Part shown: in pieces, positions 20,155 through 30,459 of the stretch
How positions within the stretch are numbered: position 1 is the first letter of the stretch
Layout: every line of letters starts with the position of its first letter
From: an uncultured delta proteobacterium
Lineage (GTDB): Bacteria; Myxococcota_A; Polyangia; Fen-1088
Length of the DNA: 64,000 nt
Reading direction: 5' to 3'
NCBI GenBank assembly: GCA_963737265.1
Contig: CAVTRY010000014.1
Coordinates: 352,001 to 416,000, forward strand
Notes under the pieces: model-generated
What the model was told of the DNA's origin: nothing
Seen by the model: the letters and a program-made list of their open reading frames with translations, nothing else
Databases searched by the model: none
Program-made: the position numbers and the translations under genes

Positions 20155-20880
20155 CTGTTGCAAGGACGCACGATCTGCGGACTCTGCGGCTGCCGAATGC
20201 GCGTTCACTACAACACTCGACGCACGGGTCAGCTCATCCCCAATTATGTCTGCTCCGGGCACGGCCGTCTCCTTGGCGACGGCTCATGCCAGAGCATTCT
20301 GGGAACGGAAATCGATGCAGCCGTCAGCAAGTTACTCGTCGAGGCCGTGACACCGATGGCGCTGGAAATGACCCTCGCCATCCAGCAGGAGATCACCCAG
20401 CGCGAGCGCAAGCGCATGCTGGCGCTTTTGATCGAAGACATCACACTGATCAAGCGGCGCGAAATCACCGTCGCGATCCGTTTCCGTGGCGGAGCGACCA
20501 CTACCTTGACATTGCCTCGTCCACTCACGCCCCAGCAACTGCGTGCCACACAACCCGAAGTCCGCCAGCAGATCGACGCTCTCCTCGACGAGTATACCGA
20601 CGCTCAGGTCGCCAACCAACTCAACAAGCAACAGATGCGCACCGGCACTGGCGAATCCTTCGATACAGTCAGCGTCCAGTGGGTACGCTTCTCAGCCAAG
20701 CTCAAGAGCCTCAAGGAACGGCTCCTCGAAGCTGGCTGGCTGACAAGTAAACAGGTCGCTGCCCAGCTCGGCGTCAGCCTCTCGACCGTCAGCAGTTTGC
20801 GCAACAAAGGGCGCCTCAAGGGACGTATATGCAGCGACAAAGGCGAGTGGCTATACTGGCCAGGGTGGCCCATTGGTACC
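20155..20880 (+). pseudogene. second serine recombinase remnant (Zn-ribbon and C-terminus, internally deleted)
   Basis: LLQGRTICGLCG.RM, RKRMLALLIEDITL, FRGGATT paralogous to 17048-19321. Confidence 0.7.
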
Positions 20881-20884
20881 AGCA

Positions 20885-21050
20885 GCATTCCGTCGTCGTT
20901 CGATCCGGTGCATCGAGGACGGCCTGCATCTGTGAGGAGGCATAATGGAGGAAGGAGCGCACGGCCACCAGGCGGAGGTTGCGCGCGCGCGCGGAGTTGC
21001 CACGCTCCTTCTGAAGCTGGTCGAGAAAGCCGAGGATGACCGGCGCGTCC
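20885..21050 (-). pseudogene. RitC-like tyrosine integrase fragment
   Basis: FLDQLQKERGNSARARNLRLVAVRSFLHYA...LDAPDRTT resembles 55649-56647. Confidence 0.65.
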
Positions 21051-21057
21051 TTTCTGT

Positions 21058-21085
21058 AATTGACGTAATGCTTCTTACCGGACAT
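21058..21085 (-). other. XerC/D dif-like site 1
   Basis: Minus strand ATGTCCGGTAA-GAAGCA-TTACGTCAATT (11-6-11; E. coli dif is GGTGCGCATAA-TGTATA-TTATGTTAAAT). Confidence 0.7.
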
Positions 21086-21645
21086 TTGCTAGCAGATGGG
21101 CTTCGGTGAATGGAAAATGGCGTTTGAACGGACTAGTGATGCCTGGAGGTACCCATGAAACCATAAGGTGAAAATCCTGAAGCGGTAGAAGGTCGAAGCC
21201 GCATAGCTTGGGTGGCGCCGAGTAGGGAAATCCTGGCGGCGAAGCCCACCGACAAAGCCCCGCATGGCGGGGTGAGCAAGTGCACGGGCCGTAACGACGA
21301 GTGAACGTCCGGACGAGGCCCCGAGAATAAGAAACCCCGGGTGCCGAGCTGGCCAAGTAGGGGCGAAGGCAGTAGGTGACTCCAAACGCGATCTGCGGAG
21401 GCACCGCCCGGCGGGGTAAAGGACGGCAGCACGCGCTCAAGGTCATGGGAGAAAACAGGGAAGGGCTCCTCGCCCCGTGGAGAAAGCCCACGGAAGCAAG
21501 GTAGCCGCGCGAGCCGGAAGGCGAAGTGCGGTGAAGGCGAGAGCCTGACGGATGGGTCCGTATGAGCGATGAAGCGGGGTAACGCCCGCCGAGCAAAGGG
21601 GCCCTGCCGAAGGCAATCGGAGCAATGAAGCGAGGCAAGAGCGGG

Positions 21646-23125
21646 ATGATAAAGCCCACCATCAGTTTGCAAGAACTTCGAGCGAAGATAGGCCAACGGG
21701 CGAAGTCCGCCCCTGCGCATCGCTTTTGGGGACTACACGTCCACATCATGAAACCGGAAACGCTCGAAGCGGCGTACTTGGAGGCCAAGCGCAATGGCGG
21801 AGCCCCTGGGTCCGACGACGAGACGTTCGAGGCGATTGAGGCGCAGGGCCGAGGAGAGTTTCTCGCGAAACTCGCCGAGGAACTGCGCGCGGACATGTAC
21901 CACCCAAGGCCGTATCGTCGGAGAGAGATTCCCAAGGAGGGCGGCAAAGTCCGCGTGATTTCGATTCCTGCGATTCGAGACCGCGTGGTGCAAGGCGCCC
22001 TCCGGCTTATTGTGGAACCAATCTTCGAAGCCGACTTCTCGGACAGTTCGTATGGGGCGAGGCCGGGACGAAGCGCGCACGAGGCAATCGAGAAAGTGCG
22101 AGTGGGACTGAACCAGGGCCGACACCGCGTGGTCGACGTCGATCTGTCGCGCTACTTCGATACGATTCGGCACGACCGAATCTTGGCGAAGGTGGCAGGG
22201 CGGGTTGTCGACAGCGATGTGCTGGCCATGGTGAAGCAGTTTCTCAAGAGCACGGGCGACCGAGGCGTGCCACAGGGCTCGCCGCTGTCACCCCTTCTCG
22301 CGAATCTTGCGCTCAACGACCTGGACCACGCCCTTGACCGAGGAGCCGGCACCATCACCTATGCCCGATACCTGGACGACATGGCAGGGCCATCGCATCA
22401 TCCTACATCGACGCAGGATCCATCAGAGTCTCGGCCATTTCTGGAAGGTTTTCCCCTGGGGTCGGTGCGCGCGCCGGTGTGCAGGCAGGTTCGGCAGCGC
22501 GCACGGGCGCGGAGACCGGCATAACTATCGGCATCTCCGCAAGATCACTTACAATTTAGATGCGTTGGCCCTGGACGACATGGTCGTGCTCGCGGCCGAC
22601 ACCCCGAAAGGGCGGCAGTGGGCAGACCGAGCGCTGGAGCGTATCCGCCAAGAGGCGGAGGCCATCGGCGTGTCGCTCAACGCAGAGAAGACCCGTTTGG
22701 TTACGATAACGGAGCCAAGGGCCAGCTTCGCGTTTCTGGGATTCGAGTTCCGTTGGGAACGGAGCTCGAAGACTGGAACATGGTATTCGAGCAGAACCCC
22801 GCGACCGAAGAAGGTCATTGCGGTCCTGAAAGAAGTCGGAAACATCCTGCGCCGGAGCCGCCACTTGCCTATGCAAGCGGCAGTGGCGCAGGTGAACCGG
22901 GTCCTGCGGGGCTGGGTGAACTACTTTCGAGTCGGCAACTCGGGGACGGCGTTCGGCAAAATCAAGTACGAGGTCGAGCGCAAGGTGAGGCGACTGGCGG
23001 CCAAGAAGCGCAAGCGCAAGGGATTCGGCTGGAAGCGGTGGAGTAGCGCCGTGGTGTACGGAACGTGGGGTCTCTTTCGAGACTACCGCGTGGTGTACTG
23101 GAACGCGAAAGCATGCCCCAACTGA
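21646..23125 (+). pseudogene. ltrA: group II intron reverse transcriptase/maturase, no En domain, interrupted at YLDD
   Basis: IPAIRDRVVQ, SYGARPGRSAH, VDLSRYFD, GVPQGSPLSP, RYLDD, RGWVNYF. Confidence 0.88.
22385..22573. mobile_element. 189-bp MITE-like element (IS4-like ends)
   Basis: TIR CAGGGCCA(T/A)CGCATC 14/15, 10-bp TSD GACGACATGG. Confidence 0.85.
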
Positions 23126-23335
23126 ACGGACGCATAACCCCGATGGAAGACGCCTTCGCGGTGAGCCGAGATGCGGGAAATCCGCCTGTCCGGTTCGATG
23201 TGGCGGGGGCCGGAGACGGAGTGATGGAACCCCTAAACGGGCACGAAGCCGGAAACGGCCGACACAGCCAAGGGGCGTCCTGCACACCACCGCGCCGGTC
23301 CCCGACCCGACTCCACGTCCATCCCAGGTTAGAGG

Positions 23336-23467
23336 TCCCCCTGTCTCCACGACAAGATATCGGATAGTCCAATGCTCATCATCCAGGAGGAAATTCACTA
23401 CTTTTCCGATATCGCCGTCGTCGGCGCCTACCGCATAACCCTCGATGGCTTTCAAGCTTCGCAACAT
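23336..23467 (-). pseudogene. truncated PRC-barrel protein
   Basis: MLRSLKAIEGYAVGADDGDIGKV..WTIRYLVV paralogous to the start of 29664-30449. Confidence 0.75.
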
Positions 23468-23480
23468 GAGTATTTCCCTT

Positions 23481-25982
23481 TCATCCCGCTGCCGAACCAT
23501 TTTCAACCAAACCGCCAAGAGGAGTCGAACCCTTTGCCCTATGAACCTTCAGGGGATCGAAGATCCGATAGGCCAGCAGTTTCGCGCGGTCATTCACCAT
23601 GAACCAGACCAGCGCATACCCCCAAACGAACAGGGCCCAACCCCAACCGAGAGGTGTCATGAATGCCCCGTAGACCGCGATCAGCGTCGCCAGGATCTGC
23701 GTCCCCAGCACGGCAAGCCACAAGATCCGCGCTGGTCGTATGGACCAGAAAGGACCGCGTGTGCGTGAAAGGAAGATCGTGAGATGGCCCGCCACGGACA
23801 ATTTCAGATACATCAGCGTCTGAATATGGGCGCGGTCGAGATGAAAGACGCGCTCGCCGAGATAGAACAGCCCGAAGGCGGAGACGACCCCGGCCACGCC
23901 CAGGACGGTTGAAACGCCAAGCACCACCGGCATGTTCCAGCTCTCGGGCGAGTCCTTGTAATGAACTTTGTCATACGCAATCGACAGGATGGCGCCATCG
24001 TTCAGCAGGGCCAACATCACGATCATGACCGCGGTCAGTGGATAGAAGTTGAAGACCAGAATCGCCAGGGTCATGAACAGAAGTACGCGGATGGTCTCCG
24101 CGATGCGATAGATGGCGTAACTATTCATGCGCTGGAAGATCCTCCGGCTTTCCTTGATCGCGTCGATGATCACGGTCAGTCCGGGCGTCATCAGCACGAT
24201 GTCCGCCGCCGCGCGCGCCGCGTCCGTGGCGCCCGACACCGCGATGCCACAATCGGCCTTCTTCAGCGCAGGGGCATCATTCACGCCATCGCCGGTCATA
24301 CCGACGATGTGCGCCCGCTGTTGCAGGACATCCACGATGTGGAACTTGTGCTCGGGAAACACCTGGGCGAACCCGTCGGCCTTCTCGATGGATGCCGACA
24401 TGGCAGCCGTTTCGTGCTGCTTGACGTCGCCCAAGCCGCTGGCGTCGAGAATTGCCGAGCCCATGCCGAGCTTCTTGGCCGTCTCCTGGGCGATGGCCAG
24501 TTGATCGCCCGTGACCATCTTGACCGTCACCCCCATCGTGCGCGCGGTGGCGATGGTTGCCTTGGCATCCTCCCGCGGCGGATCGAAGAGCGGCAGAACT
24601 CCGAGGAACTGCCACGGGCCTTCCCCGTCGGCCCGCGCCACGCCGAGCGACCGGAATCCGCGTGCCGCGAACTCGTTCACCGCCTTGTCGACCGCGGCCT
24701 TCACCTGCCCTGCATTGGCCGACAATTCAAGAATCACCTGGGGCGCGCCTTTGGTGACTTTGAATGCCTTGCCATCCTTCGCCTTGATAGCGGCTTCGGT
24801 GCGCTTGTGGACCGGGTCGAACGGCTGAAAATGGACGATTTCGTAGGCCTGCAAGGCATCCGAGCTCTTCAAGCCAGCGAGCACGGCCAGGTCGATGGTG
24901 TCGTTGTTCTCCGCTCGCGACGCCAGCGCGCCGGCAAGAATCACCGCTTCGGCGGAGACATCGTTCACGCTGAACGCGTCGCCCAGCGACAACTTGTTCT
25001 GGGTCAGCGTGCCGGTCTTGTCCGCGCAAATGATGTCGACGCCCGCCAGCTCTTCGATAGCTACCAGCCGGCTCACAATCGCTTCCTTTTGCGCTAGCAA
25101 GCGAGCTCCCACCGCCATGGTCACCGACAGGACCGTGGGCATGGCCACTGGAATCGCCGCCACGGTCAGAACCAGCGCGAACTGCAACGTGGCGAAGAAT
25201 GCGTCGCCGCGATAGATCGCCACGGCGATAATCATCACCACCAGCGCCACGGCCAGAACGATCAGGTAGTTGCCGATCTTGAGCACCGCCTTTTGAAAGT
25301 GGCTGACCGTGTGCGCCTCTTGCACGAGTTGCGCCGTCTTTCCAAAGTACGTGTTCGCGCCGGTCCCATACACCAGGGCGCCGATTTCGCCTTGTCGAAG
25401 GATCGACCCAGAAAACACCGCCTCGCCGGGGCTGCGGGTGGCTGGCAACGACTCCCCCGTCAGCGCGGACTGGTCCACCTCGACCGGATCCCCCTCCAAC
25501 AGGCGAGCATCCGCCGGCACAATGTCGCCCAGACGCAGTCGAATCACGTCGCCAGGCACCAATTCGCGCGCCGCCGGCGTTGTCCACTTCCCGTCCCGCT
25601 TGACGCGAGCCTTGATGGCCAGCTTGGCCTTGAGCGCGGCGATAGCGTTGCCGGCCTGCCGCTCTTCCCAGAACCCGACCACCGAGTTGGCAACCAACAA
25701 GAGAAGGATAATGAAGAAATCCGGCCAATGACCGACGACGCCCGACAGAATGACCGCCACTTCGATCATCCACGGAATAGGTCCCCAAAAATACGACAGG
25801 AACTTCAGGAATGCGTTGGTCTTCTCCTCGGCGATTTCGTTGGGCCCATAGTGTGTCAGCCGCTTTTGCGCCTCGGCCTGGCTGAGTCCGTCCGGCGACG
25901 ACTCTAACCTTGCCAAGAGATCTGGCATGGAAAGGGATTTCAGCTCGTCGTTCTTCGCATCGGCCTTGTTTGGCGCATCCAT
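23481..25982 (-). CDS. plasma-membrane-type proton-efflux P-type ATPase (P3A)
   Basis: LTGES, IPVAMP, DKTGT, FDPVHKRT, KGAP, TGDGVNDAPAL, LLNDG. Confidence 0.93.
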   Translation of the reverse strand: MDAPNKADAKNDELKSLSMPDLLARLESSPDGLSQAEAQKRLTHYGPNEIAEEKTNAFLKFLSYFWGPIPWMIEVAVILSGVVGHWPDFFIILLLLVANSVVGFWEERQAGNAIAALKAKLAIKARVKRDGKWTTPAARELVPGDVIRLRLGDIVPADARLLEGDPVEVDQSALTGESLPATRSPGEAVFSGSILRQGEIGALVYGTGANTYFGKTAQLVQEAHTVSHFQKAVLKIGNYLIVLAVALVVMIIAVAIYRGDAFFATLQFALVLTVAAIPVAMPTVLSVTMAVGARLLAQKEAIVSRLVAIEELAGVDIICADKTGTLTQNKLSLGDAFSVNDVSAEAVILAGALASRAENNDTIDLAVLAGLKSSDALQAYEIVHFQPFDPVHKRTEAAIKAKDGKAFKVTKGAPQVILELSANAGQVKAAVDKAVNEFAARGFRSLGVARADGEGPWQFLGVLPLFDPPREDAKATIATARTMGVTVKMVTGDQLAIAQETAKKLGMGSAILDASGLGDVKQHETAAMSASIEKADGFAQVFPEHKFHIVDVLQQRAHIVGMTGDGVNDAPALKKADCGIAVSGATDAARAAADIVLMTPGLTVIIDAIKESRRIFQRMNSYAIYRIAETIRVLLFMTLAILVFNFYPLTAVMIVMLALLNDGAILSIAYDKVHYKDSPESWNMPVVLGVSTVLGVAGVVSAFGLFYLGERVFHLDRAHIQTLMYLKLSVAGHLTIFLSRTRGPFWSIRPARILWLAVLGTQILATLIAVYGAFMTPLGWGWALFVWGYALVWFMVNDRAKLLAYRIFDPLKVHRAKGSTPLGGLVENGSAAG

Positions 25983-26000
25983 GGGCGACTCCTTTGGAAA

Positions 26001-26122
26001 CTAGCTTGCCGGCTTTGGCCGCAAATCTGGCGTCAGCACGATGTCGATGCGCCGGTTCTTCTTCCGGTTCGCGTCTGCGTCGATATTTCCAGTGTCAGCA
26101 TGGTCAACATCACTTTCTTCAT
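26001..26122 (-). pseudogene. OmpA/MotB-family gene remnant (signal start joined to C-terminus)
   Basis: MKKVMLTML start with RBS; other frame NRKKNRRIDIVLTP. Confidence 0.5.
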
Positions 26123-26550
26123 CGTGCTCTCCTTAGTCGGGACGCCTTGCTGTCTTCACGCGAGATTCGCTTTGTCTCTCCCGATCTGTGCCTCGACGCC
26201 TTGGGAACCTTCACGGTGGGCTTGGAATCAGCCGCCGCCGTGCTCGCTCGCGCTGTTGCGTTCATCGTCAACTCGCGGACGATCAATCTCGTCAGTCGAT
26301 TCACCGCGCGCTCCAGCGCGGCAAGGACATCCGCATCGGTGGTTTCCGCCTTCATCATCCTCGGCAGCTTGAGCTCGACTTCGACTAGGCAGCGCTTGTG
26401 GCCGGTCTTGGTCGAGGCGGCCCAGAATCGAGTGGTCACCCGGCTGATGTGTTCGCCAAATCGCGAAAGTGCAAAGCGCAAACGGAGCTTGACCCCATCA
26501 CGCACCGCTTGCGGAATTTGCATACCGCTCGAACGAATGGCGATTTGCAT
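26119..26550 (-). CDS. HPF/RaiA-family ribosome-associated protein
   Basis: MQIAIR..RLRFALSRF..I.RV..KRCLVEV. Confidence 0.7.
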   Translation of the reverse strand: MQIAIRSSGMQIPQAVRDGVKLRLRFALSRFGEHISRVTTRFWAASTKTGHKRCLVEVELKLPRMMKAETTDADVLAALERAVNRLTRLIVRELTMNATARASTAAADSKPTVKVPKASRHRSGETKRISREDSKASRLRRAR

Positions 26551-26674
26551 TCGGCGTATCTAGTACCTGGTGGCCACGTCGACTAATAGGAAATCCCAGG
26601 TTCCTTTGACGAAAAAAGCGACGGCTTCTCTTTATGACTTGCTGGCGCGGCGAACCGGACCTACCTTTCCCCAC

Positions 26675-27577
26675 GTGGAGTGGCTCAACTACCATCACCT
26701 TCTCTATTTCTGGGTCGCGGCAAAAACCGGGAGCATCGTCGCGGCGACCAAGGAGCTGCATCTATCGCACCCGACCATCAGTGGTCAGATCCATCGCTTG
26801 GAGGAAGTCCTGGGGCAGAAGCTGTTCCTGCGCAAAGGACGAAGTCTGGTTCTGACCGACGCGGGGCGAGTGGCCTATGGCTATGCCGAGGAGATCTTCG
26901 CTCTTGGCCGCGATTTCATGGACACCGTGAAGGGCCGACCGAGCGGGGGTACGCTGCGCCTGGTGGTCGGGGCCAGCGATTCCCTGCCCAAATCCATCGT
27001 GAACCGCATGCTAGAGCCCGCGTTCAAGCTGGAGAAAGGTGTCCGCGTCGTCTATCGCGAAGATCGCACGATCGAATCGTTCCTCGCCGAGCTGGCGTCC
27101 TATTCCATCGACGTCCTACTTACCAATGCACCCGCGGCGTCCGAACTTCCGGTGCGTACCTTTAGCCACCTGCTAGGCGAGTGTGGCACCGCCTTCCTGG
27201 CCGCCCCTGCCCTGGCCAAGGCGTGTCGCCGCCGCTTTCCCATGTCGCTCGACAAGATGCCCTTCTTGGTGCCCAGCAACACTTCCGTCCTGCGCCACGC
27301 CTTGGATGGATGGTTCGATTCCAACGGCATTCGGCCAACCATCGTCGCCGAGCTGGACGACTCGGCCTTGACCCGGGAATGGGGGGAAACCGGGCTCGGC
27401 GTCTTTCCCGTTCCCGACGTCGTGGTCAATGACATCCTGCGACGCTGGGATCTCCAGATTGTGGGCCAGGCACCCGAGCTCAAGCAATCCTTCTATGCCA
27501 TCTCCGTCGAACGCAAGATCCGGCATCCCGCGGTGCTCGCGATCTGCGAGGTCGCGCGCAAGAGCATTTTCGCCTGA
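26675..27577 (+). CDS. nhaR: NhaR-like LysR regulator
   Basis: WLNYHHLLYFW, PTISGQI, DSAL, YAISVERKIRHP; GTG start at 26675. Confidence 0.88.
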   Translation: MEWLNYHHLLYFWVAAKTGSIVAATKELHLSHPTISGQIHRLEEVLGQKLFLRKGRSLVLTDAGRVAYGYAEEIFALGRDFMDTVKGRPSGGTLRLVVGASDSLPKSIVNRMLEPAFKLEKGVRVVYREDRTIESFLAELASYSIDVLLTNAPAASELPVRTFSHLLGECGTAFLAAPALAKACRRRFPMSLDKMPFLVPSNTSVLRHALDGWFDSNGIRPTIVAELDDSALTREWGETGLGVFPVPDVVVNDILRRWDLQIVGQAPELKQSFYAISVERKIRHPAVLAICEVARKSIFA

Positions 27578-27603
27578 AACCGGCGGGCGTGCCTGCAGGG
27601 CGG

Positions 27604-29064
27604 TTACAGGAAGGGCGAGAACAATCGCGCGGCCGAATCGCGCAATTTCCCTGGAAGGCTCCTCGCCTCAAGCTCGGCCAGCGTCACCTCGTGTGCCCCC
27701 CGCAGCTTCTTTTCGATGACCGCTTCCACCTCCTCGGCCAGGGCGCGACCGTAGCATTCCACATTCAGCTCGAAATTCAGGCGCAGGCTGCGCGCGTCCC
27801 AGTTCGCCGAACCCAGCAACACCCAGTGGCCGTCCACCACCATGACCTTCGAGTGGTCGAAGGGCGGTGAGGTGAGCCAGAGGTGGCAGCCACGGTCCAG
27901 AACCTCCCACCACATCGCCCGTGAGGCCCAGTGGATGAGGGGCAGGTTGTTCTTGCTCGGCAAAACGATGTCCACGCGCACCCCGCGCAAGGAGGCGAGA
28001 TTAAGCGCCTCGACCAGCGCCGCATCCGGTAGAAAATACGGCGTAACAATTTGCACGGACGTCTGCGCCTCGGCCAAGGCCGCGAGCAGGGTCCAACGCG
28101 CCTTTTCGAAATCCGCATCTGGCCCGTCGGCGATGACCCGGGCGATCACGCTGCCGTCACCCTTCAATTCGGGGAACCAAGCCTTGCCTTCGAGGATCTC
28201 TCCGGTGGTGAACATCCAATCGTTGACGAAGGCTTCTTGCAGTTGTGCGACCACCGGACCCGCGATGCGAAAGTGTAGATCTTTGACGGCGTGGGCCGGA
28301 TGCTCGGCGAGCACGTTGCCGTGGCGGATGTTCATGCCGCCCGTGAAGCCTATCCGGCCATCCACGACCATGACCTTGCGGTGATTGCGCAGATTGATGG
28401 TTGCCACGCGCCACGGCGTCAAGAGCGACGCCGGCAGGAATCTCGCGTGCGGAACGCCCACCTTGCGCAACCTGTGTGTGATGGGCGGCCACGAGTAGCG
28501 GGTACCGGCGGCATCGATCAGAACCCGCACCGCAACGCCACGCTTGACGGCCCTGCTGAGCTCATCGGCGAACCGCTTTCCGGTGAGGTCGTTGTCGAAG
28601 ATGTAACTGACCAGCGAGATGCTCTCGCAGGCGGCTTCGATGGCGGCCAGCATGACCGGAAAGGCGGCGTCCCCGTTCACCAGAGGATGCACCTGGTTGG
28701 CGCCGGTCAGTGGAGTTGCCACGAGGCGGTCGACCACGCGTGCAAGCATCTTCAGGTGCTCCGCGCCTTCGTGCTCGGGCTCGCCGAAGTCTTCGGGAAG
28801 GGATCGCCCGGTCTTTTTTGTTAGGCCAAGCTTCAAGGCACGTCTGCGGATGCGGTTGATCCCGAAGGCCAGGTAAAGCAGAGACCCGAACGCTGGCATG
28901 AGCCAAATTAGACCGATCCACAGCGTAACCGCCCGGGTGTCGCGCTTGTGCAGCAGAGCATGACCCGATGCCAAGAGCACGGCGACAAGATGAAAGCCGG
29001 TCGCGATGTGCGGCCAGAATGGAAGAATTCTATCGAGCCAGAGCATGGTGCGGTTGCTGTTCAA
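27604..29064 (-). CDS. cls: cardiolipin synthase
   Basis: Two HKD motifs (HRKVMVVD, HSKVMVVD), N-terminal TM pair. Confidence 0.9.
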   Translation of the reverse strand: MNSNRTMLWLDRILPFWPHIATGFHLVAVLLASGHALLHKRDTRAVTLWIGLIWLMPAFGSLLYLAFGINRIRRRALKLGLTKKTGRSLPEDFGEPEHEGAEHLKMLARVVDRLVATPLTGANQVHPLVNGDAAFPVMLAAIEAACESISLVSYIFDNDLTGKRFADELSRAVKRGVAVRVLIDAAGTRYSWPPITHRLRKVGVPHARFLPASLLTPWRVATINLRNHRKVMVVDGRIGFTGGMNIRHGNVLAEHPAHAVKDLHFRIAGPVVAQLQEAFVNDWMFTTGEILEGKAWFPELKGDGSVIARVIADGPDADFEKARWTLLAALAEAQTSVQIVTPYFLPDAALVEALNLASLRGVRVDIVLPSKNNLPLIHWASRAMWWEVLDRGCHLWLTSPPFDHSKVMVVDGHWVLLGSANWDARSLRLNFELNVECYGRALAEEVEAVIEKKLRGAHEVTLAELEARSLPGKLRDSAARLFSPFL

Positions 29065-29390
29065 TCATCCGCTGCCGAGTGCGGCCGGATCCTGAATCGC
29101 CTCGCGCCGACGCCGCCTCAACCAAGCGAACATGGTTGCTCCCGTTTTGGCGGCATGACGACCGCTGCGACAGCTCTGGACAAGACCACCGCTTCTAGCA
29201 CGGCACGTCCAGCGCGCCAGCGCTTCACCCGCCATGGCCGCCGAGGATTCCTCGCCTCACCTGTCGCATTTTCCTTCCGATGCCGCCGGAATTTCCTTTT
29301 CACACATTCACAAACCATGGGGTAAGAAGCCGCGTGTGTTGGTCGACTGCCTGTCTTCTTCAAGCAAGGCCGACAGCTCAGGAGGTCACG

Positions 29391-29647
29391 ATGGCGACGG
29401 AGAATTCGGTGGTATGCGTGTACAACACCCATCTGGATGCGGAACAAGCAGTCAAGACGCTTCAAACATCCGGCTTCAACATGAAGCAACTCTCGATCGT
29501 TGGGAAGGACTACCACACCGACGAGCACCCCGTTGGGTACTGGCACACGTGACGATGGCGGAAGTATCCAAGGCGAAGGAGATTCTGCAAGGCACCAACC
29601 CTGCGCATTCACCCGGCGCCCGCGTCGAGCGCGCCTTAGTCCTTTGA
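29391..29647 (+). pseudogene. general-stress/DUF1269-like gene with internal deletion
   Basis: MATENSVV.VY.TH..AE.AVK.LQ..GF.MK.LSIVGKDYHT joined out of frame to AEVSKAKEIL. Confidence 0.6.
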
Positions 29648-29663
29648 CGGAGGTATAGGATTC

Positions 29664-30449
29664 ATGCTGCGAAGTCTGAAGGATCTTGAGGGTTACGCTG
29701 TGAGCGCCACCGATGGCGACATTGGGAAAGTGGCCAACTTCTTGCTCGACGACGAGCGCTGGACCATTCGCTACCTGGTCGTGCAAGCCGGTAGCTTCTT
29801 CAGCGATTCCCGCGTGCTCATCACCCCCATTTCATTTCGCCAGATTGATTGGGCCCCTCGGCGCTTTCACGTGGCGTTGACCAGGGACAAGGTCAAGCAC
29901 AGCCCCAGCGTTGACACCGACAAGCCCGTCTCCCGCCAGCACGAACGGGCTTTCTTCGGCTACTACGGCTATCCGTACTACTGGGGGAACCCGGGCCTGT
30001 GGGGCGCCGTCGGCTCCCCGGGATTGCTGGCGGCCGAGAAACTCTACGCGGTGCCGACTGCGCCTCCGTCCTTATCAGGGGACATCCATTTGCGTAGCGC
30101 CCGCGAAGTTCGCGGGTATCACATTCGCGCGACCGACGCGTCGGCGGGCCGGATCGAAGACTTCATCATCGACGACGACACTTGGGAAGTTCGCTATCTC
30201 GTGATCGACACGGCCAGTTGGTGGAAGGGCAAGAAGGTACTCGTTGCGCCGCGCTGGACGCGCAGTATAAGTTGGACTGAAGGGATCGTATTGCTCGACC
30301 TCTCCCAAGAAGCCATCAAGAAGAGCCCCGAATGGAATCCCAACGCGCCTATCAACCGAGAATACGAAGCGCGTCTGTACGACTACTATGGTCGCCCGGT
30401 CTACTGGAACGAGAACGACCGACCGCCCAAACCGACGCCTCGCGACTGA
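29664..30449 (+). CDS. tandem PRC-barrel domain protein
   Basis: Two repeats GY.(V/I).ATD...G....F..DD..W..RYLV. Confidence 0.88.
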   Translation: MLRSLKDLEGYAVSATDGDIGKVANFLLDDERWTIRYLVVQAGSFFSDSRVLITPISFRQIDWAPRRFHVALTRDKVKHSPSVDTDKPVSRQHERAFFGYYGYPYYWGNPGLWGAVGSPGLLAAEKLYAVPTAPPSLSGDIHLRSAREVRGYHIRATDASAGRIEDFIIDDDTWEVRYLVIDTASWWKGKKVLVAPRWTRSISWTEGIVLLDLSQEAIKKSPEWNPNAPINREYEARLYDYYGRPVYWNENDRPPKPTPRD

Positions 30450-30459
30450 GCAACAGATC

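Larger units (their letters stand above)
15030..20155 (-). mobile_element. IS91/ISCR-like element copy 2, HUH transposase shattered by insertions
   Basis: Fragments YARREPEKT.L, GILARG|FAQL, SCKGRGFCPSC, PHFH (HUH), GFNLHA, LCKYILRPP, KRPWSDG; 5' end approximate. Confidence 0.85.
21136..23311 (+). mobile_element. group II intron copy 1 (full-length ribozyme, ORF disrupted)
   Basis: 5' GTGATG boundary from comparison with empty site; domain V GAGCCGAGATGCGGGAAATCCGCCTGTCCGGTTC near 23163; long domain VI ending CCCGAC. Confidence 0.88.

Noticed and set aside
21136-23311. RT as a retron, DGR or CRISPR-associated/defence RT
   Set aside because: Domains V/VI, a maturase X region and exon junctions identify a group II intron; no TR/VR pair, msr-msd or cas genes seen
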